Part shown: piece by piece, positions 39,354 through 49,564 of the stretch | How positions within the stretch are numbered: the first letter of the stretch is position 1 | How the letters are laid out: each line of letters begins with the position of its first letter | From: a virus | IMG/VR virus record: IMGVR_UViG_3300017593_000402 | Location: 64,001 to 128,000 of that record | Length of the DNA: 64,000 bases | Strand: one strand, 5' to 3' | Position numbers and translations under genes: made by a program | Notes under the pieces: model-generated | Databases searched by the model: none | Told to the model about the DNA's origin: nothing | What the model saw: only the letters and a program-made list of their open reading frames with translations

Positions 39354-41707
39354 AAACTCAAATTAGTTCCTATTTTTCCTTCTGTTTCTATGGGGTATTC
39401 GACTGTAATACCCCAATGTTTTTTTATGTACTCTTTAGTTCTGTTTTCAAAACAGTCCTTTAGTATTTCTTGGCATTTTTCTATTACATCTTCTCTAGCT
39501 CGATAGTAATAAGCATCGTGAATAAACAAGTTGGTAAGTTTTACTTTAGTTCTCAATTTAGGTTGGCTGTTTATTTCCTTATAAAAAAGGCTAACTCCTA
39601 GACATGCTAGTTCACTGCTAAAATTTTGTACTGGAGTGTTAATAGCTTGTCGTTCGGCCTTGCTTCTGAAGTAAATATTTTTGTCATTAATTCTAGGCAG
39701 ATGTCTTTTCCTTCCAAGCACACAACGAATGTATCCACGCCTAGATGCAATAGCTACCATCTTTTTGTGATAAATAGGCAATCTCCAGTACCCGTTAGGA
39801 GCTGAGAAAAATTTTTCTCTGTATTCCACTGCTTCCTTTTCTGTAAGCACAATATCATAGTTTTTAAAAGCATAATCCACTAAAGTTTTTGCTTGCATTC
39901 CATACAACAATCCAAATACAACAGGCTTTGCTTTTTGTCTTTGCTCTTTGCTTACTTTGTTATAAGGAGTTCCTGTCAATATAGAAGCAGTGTATGTATG
40001 TATATCCAATCCTTTGCGTAGTGTTCCTAGTATGTTTTGGTCATTGGCTAACCAGCCTGCGATTCTAACTTCACTTTGAGACAAATCTTGTGTTCCAATC
40101 AAGTAGCCATCTTCTGCGGTAATCAATTCAAGTATGTATTTGGCTAATTCTCCGTGAGTAGGAAATTGTTGCATAGGAGGGTCAAGCATAACTGTTCTAC
40201 CAGTTACAGTTCCAGTTAGAAAAATTTTAGGATAAATATATCCGTTAGGTTTAAGGTTTTTCCTTATTAAAGGAATATAAGTCGAAAGAATTTTTTTAAT
40301 CTTGTTGTATTTAATAAGATTAGCAACCCAGGGATGGTCTTTAAACCGCTTAAGATGATGTTTGTCTGTTGAAGGTTGGTTGGTTTTTTCTGTAAATGAA
40401 ATAGGCTTCAATCCTAAGCCTTTTTTCGTAAACATATATTCAGCAATAACATTAGGGGTAAGTTTCTCAGCTCCTGGCGGTAAGAGTTTTTCTTCTAATG
40501 TATGTAACTCGTCATACAAAGCGTCTTCGTTTTCATCAAGTTTGTTTATGTTTATAGGCCAACCCGTTTGCGATATATCAGCAAAGGCTTTTTCTACAGG
40601 AACTATATAATAGCGATAATACCGCATTAACTTCTTATCTTTCTTTATATGCGTTGTTAAGTTTTTGTATATTTCTAACGTGGATTTAGCATCAATAGCT
40701 ACGTATTTGATTAATCTTTTCTTTTCTATTTTGTCTAAGTTAGTTCTGTCATTGTTTACTATGTTTTTAATGTTATGAAAATTGGTATACACGTTAGCTA
40801 GGTGTTCCAAGTTATACGACTCCATATTTTCGTCCACAATGTGAGCCATATTCATTACATCATAAACAGGGCCTTTTACTTCACATTTTAAATTTACTTT
40901 GCATACCCATTCATCAAAAGGACGATTGTGTACTATTTTGATTATTTTTGGACTGCTTAAAATTTCTCTGACTTTGGGTTTGAGAGTATTGTTTTTAATC
41001 TGGGAGGAATAAATCTTATCTGTTCCTGCTAAGGAAATGGCCAAAACTTTCCCGTTAGTGTGCATTACATTCAAATTTTCAGTTTCCAAATCAAAAGCTA
41101 CTACATTGGACGTAGGCAGCTCAATGGAAGAATAGTCTATGTCTATTTCTGATAGTTTTCCGCTTTTAAAATATTCTACTGCTTCCTTCAAATCAGAATA
41201 AAAAAGCTTTTCAGCTTCCTTCATTTTAGAGACAGGGATATAAGGGTACCCTGTGTGGGCCTGGCGTAACACATATGAGGGATGGTATGTGGCAATGTAA
41301 GTATAAGGACCTAAAGTATGAAATGCACCTCTGAATTTACCTATTTTCTTTTTGTTTAAATGTTGGAATAAAGCCCACTCCCCAAGTAAAACTATAAGGT
41401 TAGGTTGGAGCATTTCCAGGGCTTTCATTGCATATTCTTTACAGTGCTTCACAGCCTTTTCTATGTCTGTTCTAGAATCATCAGGGTATTTAGGGCATCT
41501 CATAGAATTTAGAATTGAATAGTCCTTTCGTTTTAATCCCAGCAGTGAAAACGTTTTCATTAATAATTGACCGCTTGGTCCGATAAAAGGCTTGCCTGCT
41601 TCTAGCTCTTCTTTGCCAGGGCATTCTCCTATTACAACAAGCTTGGGAGAATTTTTTTCATATTTAACTTTTGGCCTTCCTCTAAAAGGACAACCTTTGC
41701 AACTCAT
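39350..41707 (-). CDS. polA: family A DNA polymerase with N-terminal family-4 uracil-DNA glycosylase and 3'-5' exonuclease domains
   Basis: UDG motifs CxxC, GECPG, PFIGPSG, YHPSY; Exo motifs FDLET, HNRPFD, YVAIDA; Pol motifs DLSQSEVR, RQKAKPVVFGLLYG, HDA. The ORF track labels it '+', but the ATG is CAT at 41705-41707 and the stop is TTA at 39350-39352, so it is on the minus strand. Confidence 0.93.
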   Translation of the reverse strand: MSCKGCPFRGRPKVKYEKNSPKLVVIGECPGKEELEAGKPFIGPSGQLLMKTFSLLGLKRKDYSILNSMRCPKYPDDSRTDIEKAVKHCKEYAMKALEMLQPNLIVLLGEWALFQHLNKKKIGKFRGAFHTLGPYTYIATYHPSYVLRQAHTGYPYIPVSKMKEAEKLFYSDLKEAVEYFKSGKLSEIDIDYSSIELPTSNVVAFDLETENLNVMHTNGKVLAISLAGTDKIYSSQIKNNTLKPKVREILSSPKIIKIVHNRPFDEWVCKVNLKCEVKGPVYDVMNMAHIVDENMESYNLEHLANVYTNFHNIKNIVNNDRTNLDKIEKKRLIKYVAIDAKSTLEIYKNLTTHIKKDKKLMRYYRYYIVPVEKAFADISQTGWPININKLDENEDALYDELHTLEEKLLPPGAEKLTPNVIAEYMFTKKGLGLKPISFTEKTNQPSTDKHHLKRFKDHPWVANLIKYNKIKKILSTYIPLIRKNLKPNGYIYPKIFLTGTVTGRTVMLDPPMQQFPTHGELAKYILELITAEDGYLIGTQDLSQSEVRIAGWLANDQNILGTLRKGLDIHTYTASILTGTPYNKVSKEQRQKAKPVVFGLLYGMQAKTLVDYAFKNYDIVLTEKEAVEYREKFFSAPNGYWRLPIYHKKMVAIASRRGYIRCVLGRKRHLPRINDKNIYFRSKAERQAINTPVQNFSSELACLGVSLFYKEINSQPKLRTKVKLTNLFIHDAYYYRAREDVIEKCQEILKDCFENRTKEYIKKHWGITVEYPIETEGKIGTNLSF

Positions 41708-41949
41708 AATGTTTCACCATCCAAATAGGTTTGCATGTTGTGCATTAAACGACTTAATAAGCCTAATAAAATAGTCACTCTGTCTTTTCCTGCAAAGAAA
41801 GTACCCACTAACGTATTTTTGTCTTCAGGATCGTCCCACTCGTATGCTATACAAAAATTGCGTAGTCTCCCTTTTTCTAGTAATTCTAGCACTTCTGATA
41901 ATACAGCGTGTGCTTGCCCATGCTCGACTAACTTGATTATTTCAGCCAT
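41704..41949 (-). CDS. hypothetical protein
   Basis: Overlaps neighbours in the operon; GGAGAGG RBS. Confidence 0.6.
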   Translation of the reverse strand: MAEIIKLVEHGQAHAVLSEVLELLEKGRLRNFCIAYEWDDPEDKNTLVGTFFAGKDRVTILLGLLSRLMHNMQTYLDGETL

Positions 41950-42247
41950 TATTCCTCTCCTCTAAAATAGCTAGTAAATCTTTGATTCTCAATACAGCAT
42001 AATCGTTTTCGTATCTTTTACCTTTAATATGTACGATTAATAAAGGAAGCTTATCTTTGGGCGTGTATTTTTCTGCCTGGGCAAACCAGCTTTCTATTAC
42101 TGCTTTGGTTCTAGATTTACATTCGATAGCAAATTTTTCTGTTAATACGTCTACTTTACCTAATGTCCCAAGATTTAAGCCCTTAAAAAACTCAGCCACT
42201 TTTTTCTGATGTTCTTTTCCTCTTGCTCTGTTTCGTTTTGGGTTCAT
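41942..42247 (-). CDS. PD-(D/E)XK Holliday junction resolvase-like nuclease
   Basis: NRARGK.H...VA, VD...FAIECK, W..QA motifs. Confidence 0.7.
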   Translation of the reverse strand: MNPKRNRARGKEHQKKVAEFFKGLNLGTLGKVDVLTEKFAIECKSRTKAVIESWFAQAEKYTPKDKLPLLIVHIKGKRYENDYAVLRIKDLLAILEERNNG

Positions 42248-43022
42248 TAAAACATTCCTCCCTAAACATACATTTTTTTGCATTAGGACTAAGTTTAGTC
42301 CTGCACGTCCTTTCGGGAATTTCTTTACTAACTATTTGCTTAAGAAGTTCAGGAATTCTGTGATGAAGATTATATTCTTTTTTGTCTACTAAATAGGGCT
42401 TAATAGCAATTTTTTTGAAATCCTTTTTGAAATAGATGATATAGGCTTTTTCATTGCTTACATGAAATAATTCAAAAGCTGGGTCTTTCTTTACAAATTT
42501 ATTGTTATACATCCAAAGATAACCACATGTTTGAAATATATGGTCAAATAAAGGTTCTTCTAGCGAGTCAAAATCTTCTGGTCTGATACTCTTTATTTCA
42601 GCAATAAAAACTTGCTTTCCTACTCGTATTAAGGCGTCCACGCTTCCTGTCAATGTAAACCAACCTCTAGATAAATTTAGGTAATATTCTTCTAATTTCA
42701 TATTTTTTCGATTGCACTTTAAAGACTTTCCATAAGACAAGTAATGAGTTTCTCCGCACTGAAAACACTTCCACTTTGAAATTAAATAAGAACTATATTT
42801 CGCAAGAAGATTCTGTATGAGGATTCCATAAGTAAATGCCAGGACCATTGGTTTAGGGTATGTTCGTTTGAATCTAAAATTTTTGCCAGTTTTTCTGGCA
42901 AACCACACTGCTCTAGGGCATATATTTACTAAATCACTTATGTGTAACCGCAATCCTGACCTGTGCTTAGCATCATTAGTAGAAAACAGATTGTACATAT
43001 TCTTATATAAATCATCTTCCAT
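42192..43022 (-). CDS. Cas4-like PD-(D/E)XK exonuclease
   Basis: ISDL..ICPR, GSVDAL...EIKS, Q...Y, C-terminal C...KKCMFREEC (Fe-S cysteines). Confidence 0.75.
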   Translation of the reverse strand: MEDDLYKNMYNLFSTNDAKHRSGLRLHISDLVNICPRAVWFARKTGKNFRFKRTYPKPMVLAFTYGILIQNLLAKYSSYLISKWKCFQCGETHYLSYGKSLKCNRKNMKLEEYYLNLSRGWFTLTGSVDALIRVGKQVFIAEIKSIRPEDFDSLEEPLFDHIFQTCGYLWMYNNKFVKKDPAFELFHVSNEKAYIIYFKKDFKKIAIKPYLVDKKEYNLHHRIPELLKQIVSKEIPERTCRTKLSPNAKKCMFREECFNEPKTKQSKRKRTSEKSG

Positions 43023-43239
43023 TCTTGTTCCTAACAATTATAGCCTCCTTAAATCTCTGCAAAGCTACTAACACGTCAATTAGCTTGCTATACTGTTTTT
43101 CGTTGTAAGATTCCAGTGTCAATAGAGTTTCTCTTATTTCGTCTATTTCTGATTTTAGTACAGCAGGAGTAATAGCCACGGCATTTTTATAGCCTTTTCT
43201 ATTATAATAATTTCTTATGAGTATCTCTTTGAGGTTCAT
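43012..43239 (-). CDS. hypothetical protein
   Basis: Overlapping start/stop coupling with neighbours. Confidence 0.5.
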   Translation of the reverse strand: MNLKEILIRNYYNRKGYKNAVAITPAVLKSEIDEIRETLLTLESYNEKQYSKLIDVLVALQRFKEAIIVRNKNGR

Positions 43240-43661
43240 ATTATTTTGAATAACTTAAGCATATTTTCTGATAGGATTATCAAAGGACCTATTGTTTTTC
43301 GGTACAACCTGGTTTTCTTTTGCGCTCCAGATTCCCACACTCCTTTAATTTCTATTACATGCCCGTTTACCAAAAAATCTGGGATATATTGTTTTCCATG
43401 AGGCAACAAAAAACTGTAAGGTTCATATTTGAAATTTAAATCATTTTCTTTGCAAAACCTGGCAAAAGATTCTTCCCAATTGCTTTTGTAGTCCCAACTT
43501 TTGGGCAAAGGCCTTCCTCCTGTAGGTGGATCAACTGGAATGCTCAGATAATCAATTAAGCAATCTCTAGAGCAAAAATAGTTTCCATCGTAACCTATTA
43601 TTTTCAAGTCTCTTTTATCTGCTATAAATTTATCCTGGCAATGTAGGCATTTAACCAGCAT
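43236..43661 (-). CDS. T7 endonuclease I-like nuclease with N-terminal Zn finger
   Basis: CLHC...FCSRDC; YKSNWE..FA, YEP..F, YIPDF, IEIKG. Confidence 0.75.
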   Translation of the reverse strand: MLVKCLHCQDKFIADKRDLKIIGYDGNYFCSRDCLIDYLSIPVDPPTGGRPLPKSWDYKSNWEESFARFCKENDLNFKYEPYSFLLPHGKQYIPDFLVNGHVIEIKGVWESGAQKKTRLYRKTIGPLIILSENMLKLFKII

Positions 43662-44655
43662 TGTATAGCTCCTTATGATATTGATTGATAATTGCTTTGA
43701 CTACCATGTTCTTGAAGTCTTCGTCTTCTAATAGTTTCTTCAGTTCTTTCAGTGTGGTCCTGGTTTCACCTAGCAAAGAGAAAGATTTTTTATTCTTAGA
43801 CAAAAGGTTATACCGCTTTGCATATTCAAGAATAGGTTTTTCGTCTTCTACTTTACCATTAATTAAATCTATAACAAATTCTCCACTCATTTTAGGTAAT
43901 CCTAGTCTGTTCTTTTCAACGGTAAACGAATGAATACTGGAACGAGGAAACCCGTCTACAGTTTTATAGCTTTTATGATACAGTTTTAAAGTAAGGCTGG
44001 TGAGATGGTCTATGATTTTGCCTCCTGGCATTCTAGTTTGTGAGGCAAACTTTTGTGCGCCTATATTAGCTCTGACTTGGTTTATAATTAATACAGTCAA
44101 TAACCTATTGTTTTGTTTAGCTTGGCTCATTGCTACTAATAATTTGTTAAATAATTGTCTTATTAATCTGGCAGAAGGGCCTACAAAATTGGACTCAGAG
44201 CTTGCTTCTACTTCATTTATACTGAATATCATTGCTACGCTATCTATTACTATAAGACCAATATCATCTGCTTGTGCTAGTTCGTAGACGCTGTCTACTC
44301 CGTGTTCTCCGTAAAGAGGCTCAAATAAAATTAGTCTATCCATATTAGTTATAAATTTTTCAGCCCATGCTTTGTTAAATCCTTTTTCAAAATCTACGTA
44401 GACACATTTATACTCGGTTGCTTTAAAATAACTGTCGATAATCTTGTAAGAAAGAGTGCTTTTTCCTGAACTCTTAGGTCCCCAAAGCACTGTAAATTTG
44501 TTTAGTGGAATTCCACCTGTCAACAAATCGACTGTAAACACACCTGTTCTCAGTTGAACAATATTAGAGGTGCTGGATGCTTTTTTGATAGTATCTGGAA
44601 ACTTGGATTCTAGAGTTTGAATGATTTTGTCTGAGCTAATCATTCTATTCCCCAC
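43651..44655 (-). CDS. recA: RecA/UvsX-like recombinase
   Basis: TG...VDL.TGGIP, Walker A GPKSSGKST, IVIDSVA, INQVR, PGG, KN motifs. Confidence 0.9.
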   Translation of the reverse strand: MGNRMISSDKIIQTLESKFPDTIKKASSTSNIVQLRTGVFTVDLLTGGIPLNKFTVLWGPKSSGKSTLSYKIIDSYFKATEYKCVYVDFEKGFNKAWAEKFITNMDRLILFEPLYGEHGVDSVYELAQADDIGLIVIDSVAMIFSINEVEASSESNFVGPSARLIRQLFNKLLVAMSQAKQNNRLLTVLIINQVRANIGAQKFASQTRMPGGKIIDHLTSLTLKLYHKSYKTVDGFPRSSIHSFTVEKNRLGLPKMSGEFVIDLINGKVEDEKPILEYAKRYNLLSKNKKSFSLLGETRTTLKELKKLLEDEDFKNMVVKAIINQYHKELYNAG

Positions 44656-44921
44656 TCCTTCAATTTTTCGTCCATCTTAGTTTCTACGAATTTAGCAGCT
44701 TTTTTGTACATTTTATTGATATTTTTCTTAGTACAAGGAACAGTCAACCCTATTCTAAATTTCAGCATTTCCATGTTTCCTACGTTTATTGTCCTGCCAA
44801 ATTCATAAGTAACATAAGCCATGTCTTCTGTAGCAGGAGTATCTGACGGAACTTGCTGAATATCATCGTTTTGTATTAACGTTGTCTGTACCGTTTTGTT
44901 TTTTGTAGATTTCTTTGACAT
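44640..44921 (-). CDS. hypothetical protein
   Basis: GGAGG RBS; GRTINVGN.E..K motif seen in phage replication modules. Confidence 0.6.
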   Translation of the reverse strand: MSKKSTKNKTVQTTLIQNDDIQQVPSDTPATEDMAYVTYEFGRTINVGNMEMLKFRIGLTVPCTKKNINKMYKKAAKFVETKMDEKLKEWGIE

Positions 44922-45225
44922 AATTTTCTACCTCCCTGGGCTTAAAATGTGGGTATTTTCTAAAGTGATAATAAGTTTGTTCCAATATGCTTCGGGGAAC
45001 CCATCTTAATCTTATAAACTCTATACATAAGTCCGCCAGAAATGTGAACATTCCATATGATCTCAATACCTTCTTACAAGGGCTTCCTTTGCTGCTCCAG
45101 ATACGAGCTACAGGTCTTCCATTGTACTCGCCGTAAGAGTGCTTTATTCGCTTCGTCCTAAAAAACCACAAATTTATTAATCCATCATCTGCTCTTCTCA
45201 ATAATTTGGAATCTACTGTAGGCAT
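44863..45225 (-). CDS. hypothetical protein
   Basis: ATG at 45225 (MPTVDSK) bridges the helicase and the next gene. Confidence 0.45.
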   Translation of the reverse strand: MPTVDSKLLRRADDGLINLWFFRTKRIKHSYGEYNGRPVARIWSSKGSPCKKVLRSYGMFTFLADLCIEFIRLRWVPRSILEQTYYHFRKYPHFKPREVENYVKEIYKKQNGTDNVNTKR

Positions 45226-46450
45226 CTCTCTTTTTCCTCTTCCAATAGTTATTAGCTTGTTTACAAAGTACATCAACAACGTCAAACACCATAACTGGTT
45301 TGTTTCCTGTGTACCTACTAAGTCTTCCAATAGCTTGTGTAACATTAGAACGAGGAGTAGCAAATATCACACAGTTTATTTCTGGAGCATCAAATCCTAT
45401 TCCAGCAGCTTGATATGTTCCAAAAATAATATCCTCCTTACCAGTGTAAGTTTTTTTAGAGCCAGTTAACCAGGCAATGTTCTTGGTTTCAACCAGCCTG
45501 GCATACTGATCTAATAATGCCAAAGAGTCGGAAAGAATGAGTACTTTATTTCTTCTTTTTACTGCTGTGTCTGCTAGTTTAGCTATTAGCCTATTTCGTC
45601 TTGGAACATCCAGTTTTTCATTATACTTACTTCTAATAAACTTGTTTCCTCTATAACATCCTCTTCCAGATGTTTTGGGGTCTGCATACTCAATTTTAAT
45701 GACTTTAAAATCTTTTCTTTCTGCTTTGTAAGAAGCTAAAATCGGCCCAATATGCCATTTAAATATATAAGTTTTACCATCTGCACGAGTAGGAGTAGCA
45801 GACAGCCCTGTTCTTATTTTGGGATTAAACTTAGGAGCTGTCTCAGAAAACTTTTCCGCTCCCATAATATGGACTTCATCGTAAATAATATGCCCAAAAG
45901 TTTCTGGAGGAATAGAAGCATTAAGCAGAGTTTGGATCATAGCTACTGTAATAGGTCTGTAGTCTCTTACAGATTGTTGGATTAGCCCTGGTTCTTGCCC
46001 TGTAAATTTTCTTATAGCTTCTAACCATTGATTCCTGATAACTTCTGTATGTACAACTATCATGGTTTTGTAACCCAAAAGACAAGCCAGAGCTATTCCA
46101 ACAACTGTTTTACCAGTGCCTGTCGGCATTTGAATAATTCCACCATAAGGAAACCGTTTAAGGTTTCGCATGTACATATCTATGACTTTTTGTTGATAAG
46201 GACGCAACTTTCCAATAAAAGGGATATGTATCGTTTCCCATTTTCCTTTTACAGGAGGATATTTAGTTTGGTTTATATAGTAGCGAGGAACTCCGACTCT
46301 GCCGTATTTAAACCGCATCAGCGTGTAACTACCTTTGTTAGTTCCAAAGAAGTTAACACGCTGAACGGTTAACTTAGCTTTGTCTTCCTCCGTCAACTCT
46401 TCTTTTGGGATGTAAACCAGCTCTTTAACTAAATAGCTCTTCGAGGTCAT
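45185..46450 (-). CDS. superfamily 2 (DEAD/DEAH, UvsW/XPB-like) helicase
   Basis: LRPYQ, MPTGTGKT, DEVH, LSATP.R.DG, G.G.D.P, QAIGR. Confidence 0.9.
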   Translation of the reverse strand: MTSKSYLVKELVYIPKEELTEEDKAKLTVQRVNFFGTNKGSYTLMRFKYGRVGVPRYYINQTKYPPVKGKWETIHIPFIGKLRPYQQKVIDMYMRNLKRFPYGGIIQMPTGTGKTVVGIALACLLGYKTMIVVHTEVIRNQWLEAIRKFTGQEPGLIQQSVRDYRPITVAMIQTLLNASIPPETFGHIIYDEVHIMGAEKFSETAPKFNPKIRTGLSATPTRADGKTYIFKWHIGPILASYKAERKDFKVIKIEYADPKTSGRGCYRGNKFIRSKYNEKLDVPRRNRLIAKLADTAVKRRNKVLILSDSLALLDQYARLVETKNIAWLTGSKKTYTGKEDIIFGTYQAAGIGFDAPEINCVIFATPRSNVTQAIGRLSRYTGNKPVMVFDVVDVLCKQANNYWKRKKRDAYSRFQIIEKSR

Positions 46451-47177
46451 CGCCTTCCTCTTCTTCCTCAGATTCTGGCTCAACACCCTCTTCCTCCTCT
46501 TCTACGGTATTAAATATATCATCAATCTCTTCGCTTACATCTTCCTCTGATCCAACAATTGTCGTGTCAATACCTAGTGCTTCTAATTCTTCGTCCGTAG
46601 GAGGAGCAAGTACCGTTTCATAATCAAACGGTTTATTATCTTCAAATTTTCTCAAATCTATCTTGCCCAGAATTTCGAAATAATTACCGCAATTAGGGTC
46701 ATTAGCTGTATACCGCTTAACCCTTGCTACTAAACCCCTAAGTTTTTTGTGTTTCTTTTTGACATCCTCCAAGAAGTTTATTGCAGAGCCCTTAAGTGGA
46801 AGAAGTACTTTTCTATTCTTTACTACCTTGCCGTCACTGGTAGTGAATTTTCTGCCGTCGATTATGCTGTAATAAGCAGTATAAGTAGGCCTGTACCCTT
46901 CCTTGCAAACAGAGCATGGCGCAAAATCGTCTGTACAGGTTATGTAGTTACCCCACTTTCCTCCTATTTTTAGATTGTGTTCCTTGATATAAAAACCGTC
47001 GGAATCAAGAAAGACAATCTTTGCCTCTTCTCCTGGCTGTAGCCAAAAACGAGGAGCGTATTTTTCTTTCCTCTTTTCTGCTATCGCATCTAATTTCCTT
47101 TTTTCCTCAAAGCCTTCTCTGCCTTTTTTGAACCATGAAGAATTTTTTCCTGACTTGCTTGTTCTCTTTTTAGCCAT
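46425..47177 (-). CDS. single-stranded DNA-binding protein
   Basis: RFWL..GE, H...C....C..C Zn site, very acidic tail ending LEELFS; lies between primase and helicase. Confidence 0.7.
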   Translation of the reverse strand: MAKKRTSKSGKNSSWFKKGREGFEEKRKLDAIAEKRKEKYAPRFWLQPGEEAKIVFLDSDGFYIKEHNLKIGGKWGNYITCTDDFAPCSVCKEGYRPTYTAYYSIIDGRKFTTSDGKVVKNRKVLLPLKGSAINFLEDVKKKHKKLRGLVARVKRYTANDPNCGNYFEILGKIDLRKFEDNKPFDYETVLAPPTDEELEALGIDTTIVGSEEDVSEEIDDIFNTVEEEEEGVEPESEEEEEGDDLEELFS

Positions 47178-47179
47178 TT

Positions 47180-48130
47180 CTAAACCTCCTTGATAGTTGA
47201 TAAAACTTTTTTAATTAGCTTTTTTTCGACTGCTTCTGCTGGGTCATTGCAGCCTTTGTAATTAGTAACCTCGTAGAACTTTATATAATCTTTTAGTTTT
47301 GTATAAACCCTTTCCTTTGCTTTCTCACCTCCTTTGTCGTTGTCAAAGAATAAAATCATTGTTTTGGCTTCACACTTTCGAAGCGTTTTTAGTTGAGCAT
47401 TGCTTATTTCTGCCCCACCGCTAGCCCACACATTTGCTATTCCGTAGTCAAATAGAGCAAGCAAATTTCTCTCTCCTTCTACTAAGATTAAGGGCTTGGA
47501 AGGGTCAATAGAACGATGGTAACCAAACCACACTCCGAGACTGTGGGGCATCGTGCCTCCCAGCTCTTTATAAAATCTGTACTTCATATTTTCTTCAATG
47601 TATTTATCTTTGCCCAAGTATCGTCCTTTTAAGGCTACTACTCTGTTGTTATAGTACCGAATCGGTATTACAAGTCTTCTCTCGCTGGCATCATAGCGTA
47701 GTGAAAACACGTGAATTGTCCTCATGGAGAACATATTTCCTTTGTATAAGGGAAAAGGAATGACGTTGATATACTTTGGCTGGCGAGGCGAAATACCACA
47801 AAATAGTCTTGGAATAAATTCATAAGACGACAGCATTGCTTTTAACGTTGGGTCTTTTACACCAGTTATCTTCTTCCAAATTCTGGGTAAATCACGGATG
47901 TGCCCTTTAGTACCACAGGCAAAGCAATTGAACACGCCGTTGTTAGTGTTTATTCCAAAAGAAGGATGCTCATCCACTCCGTGTTCATGTGTCCACCTAG
48001 CAAAAGGGCAGGAAGCTCTTATCCAAACAGAGGGTTTGGATGTATCGTATTTAATCTTCGTGCAACCCAGATACTTCAAGACTTCCAGGAATAAGTTCAC
48101 GTTTGCTGGCACATTTCCCATAGTTTGCAA
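47180..48130 (-). CDS. DNA primase (Zn-binding plus TOPRIM)
   Basis: CPF...H...D..PSF...FNCFACG; LVEGE; FFDNDKGG; NDP. Confidence 0.88.
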   Translation of the reverse strand: MQTMGNVPANVNLFLEVLKYLGCTKIKYDTSKPSVWIRASCPFARWTHEHGVDEHPSFGINTNNGVFNCFACGTKGHIRDLPRIWKKITGVKDPTLKAMLSSYEFIPRLFCGISPRQPKYINVIPFPLYKGNMFSMRTIHVFSLRYDASERRLVIPIRYYNNRVVALKGRYLGKDKYIEENMKYRFYKELGGTMPHSLGVWFGYHRSIDPSKPLILVEGERNLLALFDYGIANVWASGGAEISNAQLKTLRKCEAKTMILFFDNDKGGEKAKERVYTKLKDYIKFYEVTNYKGCNDPAEAVEKKLIKKVLSTIKEV

Positions 48131-48362
48131 TCTCCTTTCTTGTTGGCTCTATGTACCATTCTCGACAATAGTCCATGTACCTCTTCCAATCTTCTTCGGT
48201 AAAAAACTTGTCTGGCTCACCTACTAATGCAAATACAATAAGCGTTTCTAGGATGTACGGACTAACGTCCATAACCCTATCGCCTAAAACAAGAAGAAAA
48301 GCTTTCAGCATTCTACGCTGTTTTTTGTTTAGTTTGACTCTTAAGGTTTTCTTTATTTTCAT
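48051..48362 (-). CDS. hypothetical protein
   Basis: ORF coupled to the DnaB stop. Confidence 0.45.
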   Translation of the reverse strand: MKIKKTLRVKLNKKQRRMLKAFLLVLGDRVMDVSPYILETLIVFALVGEPDKFFTEEDWKRYMDYCREWYIEPTRKEIANYGKCASKRELIPGSLEVSGLHED

Positions 48363-49564
48363 TCTAACGGTGACTCCGCTTCAACTTCTGAAAAATCCAT
48401 TCGTTCCCAATCCCAGTGGATTTGGAAGATACAATTTACGCCTTCTCTGTTTGCTATAGTTTCGACTGTTTTTACATTTGCTCCTTCTTCGCCATATATG
48501 CTCATGGCTACGGAGCAAAGCTGTGACAAAGCGTCAGTTAAATGTATGTGTTCAAGTCCACCAGACTTTTTCTCCTTTGGAGCTTCTCTGTTGAATTGGA
48601 ACGAAACTACCAAAGGTATGTTAAAATTGAGTGCCATTAGTTTTAATTCTTGTGCGATTTCACTGGCAACCTCCCACTTTGCTTTATATTTGCTGTTAAT
48701 TTTTATCAAATACCCTCCATCTATAAACACTAAATTAGGTTCGTGTTCATCTATTAACACAAATATGTCATCAATCGTGTGACGGAATTTTCCGTCAACA
48801 TAGATTAGAGGAGGCGCATTGGTCTTTGATTCCTCAATAGCTTTTTCAGCAAAGGTTGAAATCTCACCTTTCTTTACAGCCTCAAATTTGAGCTTGTGCG
48901 CCATAGCAATAATTCTTTTTGCTTGTTGCATTAATCCCATTTCCATTGAGATTAACATAGCTTTATAACCAGCTTTGCTAGCTTGATAGGCCGAGTAGAC
49001 CATTGACATGCTTTTGCCCTTCTTGGGCCTCGCTAAAATTAAATTTAAGTCTCCAGGCTGATAGCCTTCTATAGCCTCATCGAGGCTTTTCCATCCAGTC
49101 GGAATTCCAAATGGTAGGCCAATCTTAGCCCTTCTTTCTCTTACGTACCCCAAAAACACATCGACTAATTCGTCGAACATATAGACGCCATCATCCGTCT
49201 TTTTCATAGACCTGTATCGGTCTGTAATTTCTTTCATTATTCGTAAAGCACTATCCAGGTCGTGTTTGACCAACGCTCCTTCAATTTGTTTTGAGGCTTC
49301 TACTAAATCCTCCTTAAATTTCCTTTCGATACACCTTTCAAGTAGCAAGTCAATTGGTGTATCTGGTATAAGAAGAGCTTCCTCATCGAGCAGTTCTGCT
49401 AAAGTTGAAAGTCGAGGTAATTCGTTGTATTTGTCTACATATTTTTTGATTATATGGTAAGCTTCTCTCTCGTCTTCAATGAAAACGTTTTCACTCAGCT
49501 TTTTGAACAGCTTTATGTTGTCTTTCTCTACTATCGCTGTGAGCAGTTTTAAACCAACTGACAT
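48359..49564 (-). CDS. dnaB: replicative DnaB-like helicase
   Basis: GIPTGW..LD...G...GDL...ARPKKGKS, SMEM, VFIDG.YL, LK.MA....IP....QFNR. Confidence 0.92.
   Translation of the reverse strand: MSVGLKLLTAIVEKDNIKLFKKLSENVFIEDEREAYHIIKKYVDKYNELPRLSTLAELLDEEALLIPDTPIDLLLERCIERKFKEDLVEASKQIEGALVKHDLDSALRIMKEITDRYRSMKKTDDGVYMFDELVDVFLGYVRERRAKIGLPFGIPTGWKSLDEAIEGYQPGDLNLILARPKKGKSMSMVYSAYQASKAGYKAMLISMEMGLMQQAKRIIAMAHKLKFEAVKKGEISTFAEKAIEESKTNAPPLIYVDGKFRHTIDDIFVLIDEHEPNLVFIDGGYLIKINSKYKAKWEVASEIAQELKLMALNFNIPLVVSFQFNREAPKEKKSGGLEHIHLTDALSQLCSVAMSIYGEEGANVKTVETIANREGVNCIFQIHWDWERMDFSEVEAESPLE

Noticed and set aside
39350-41707. ORF track lists the polymerase on the + strand
   Set aside because: The given translation only reads from the reverse complement (CAT at 41705-41707, TTA at 39350-39352); reported as minus strand.
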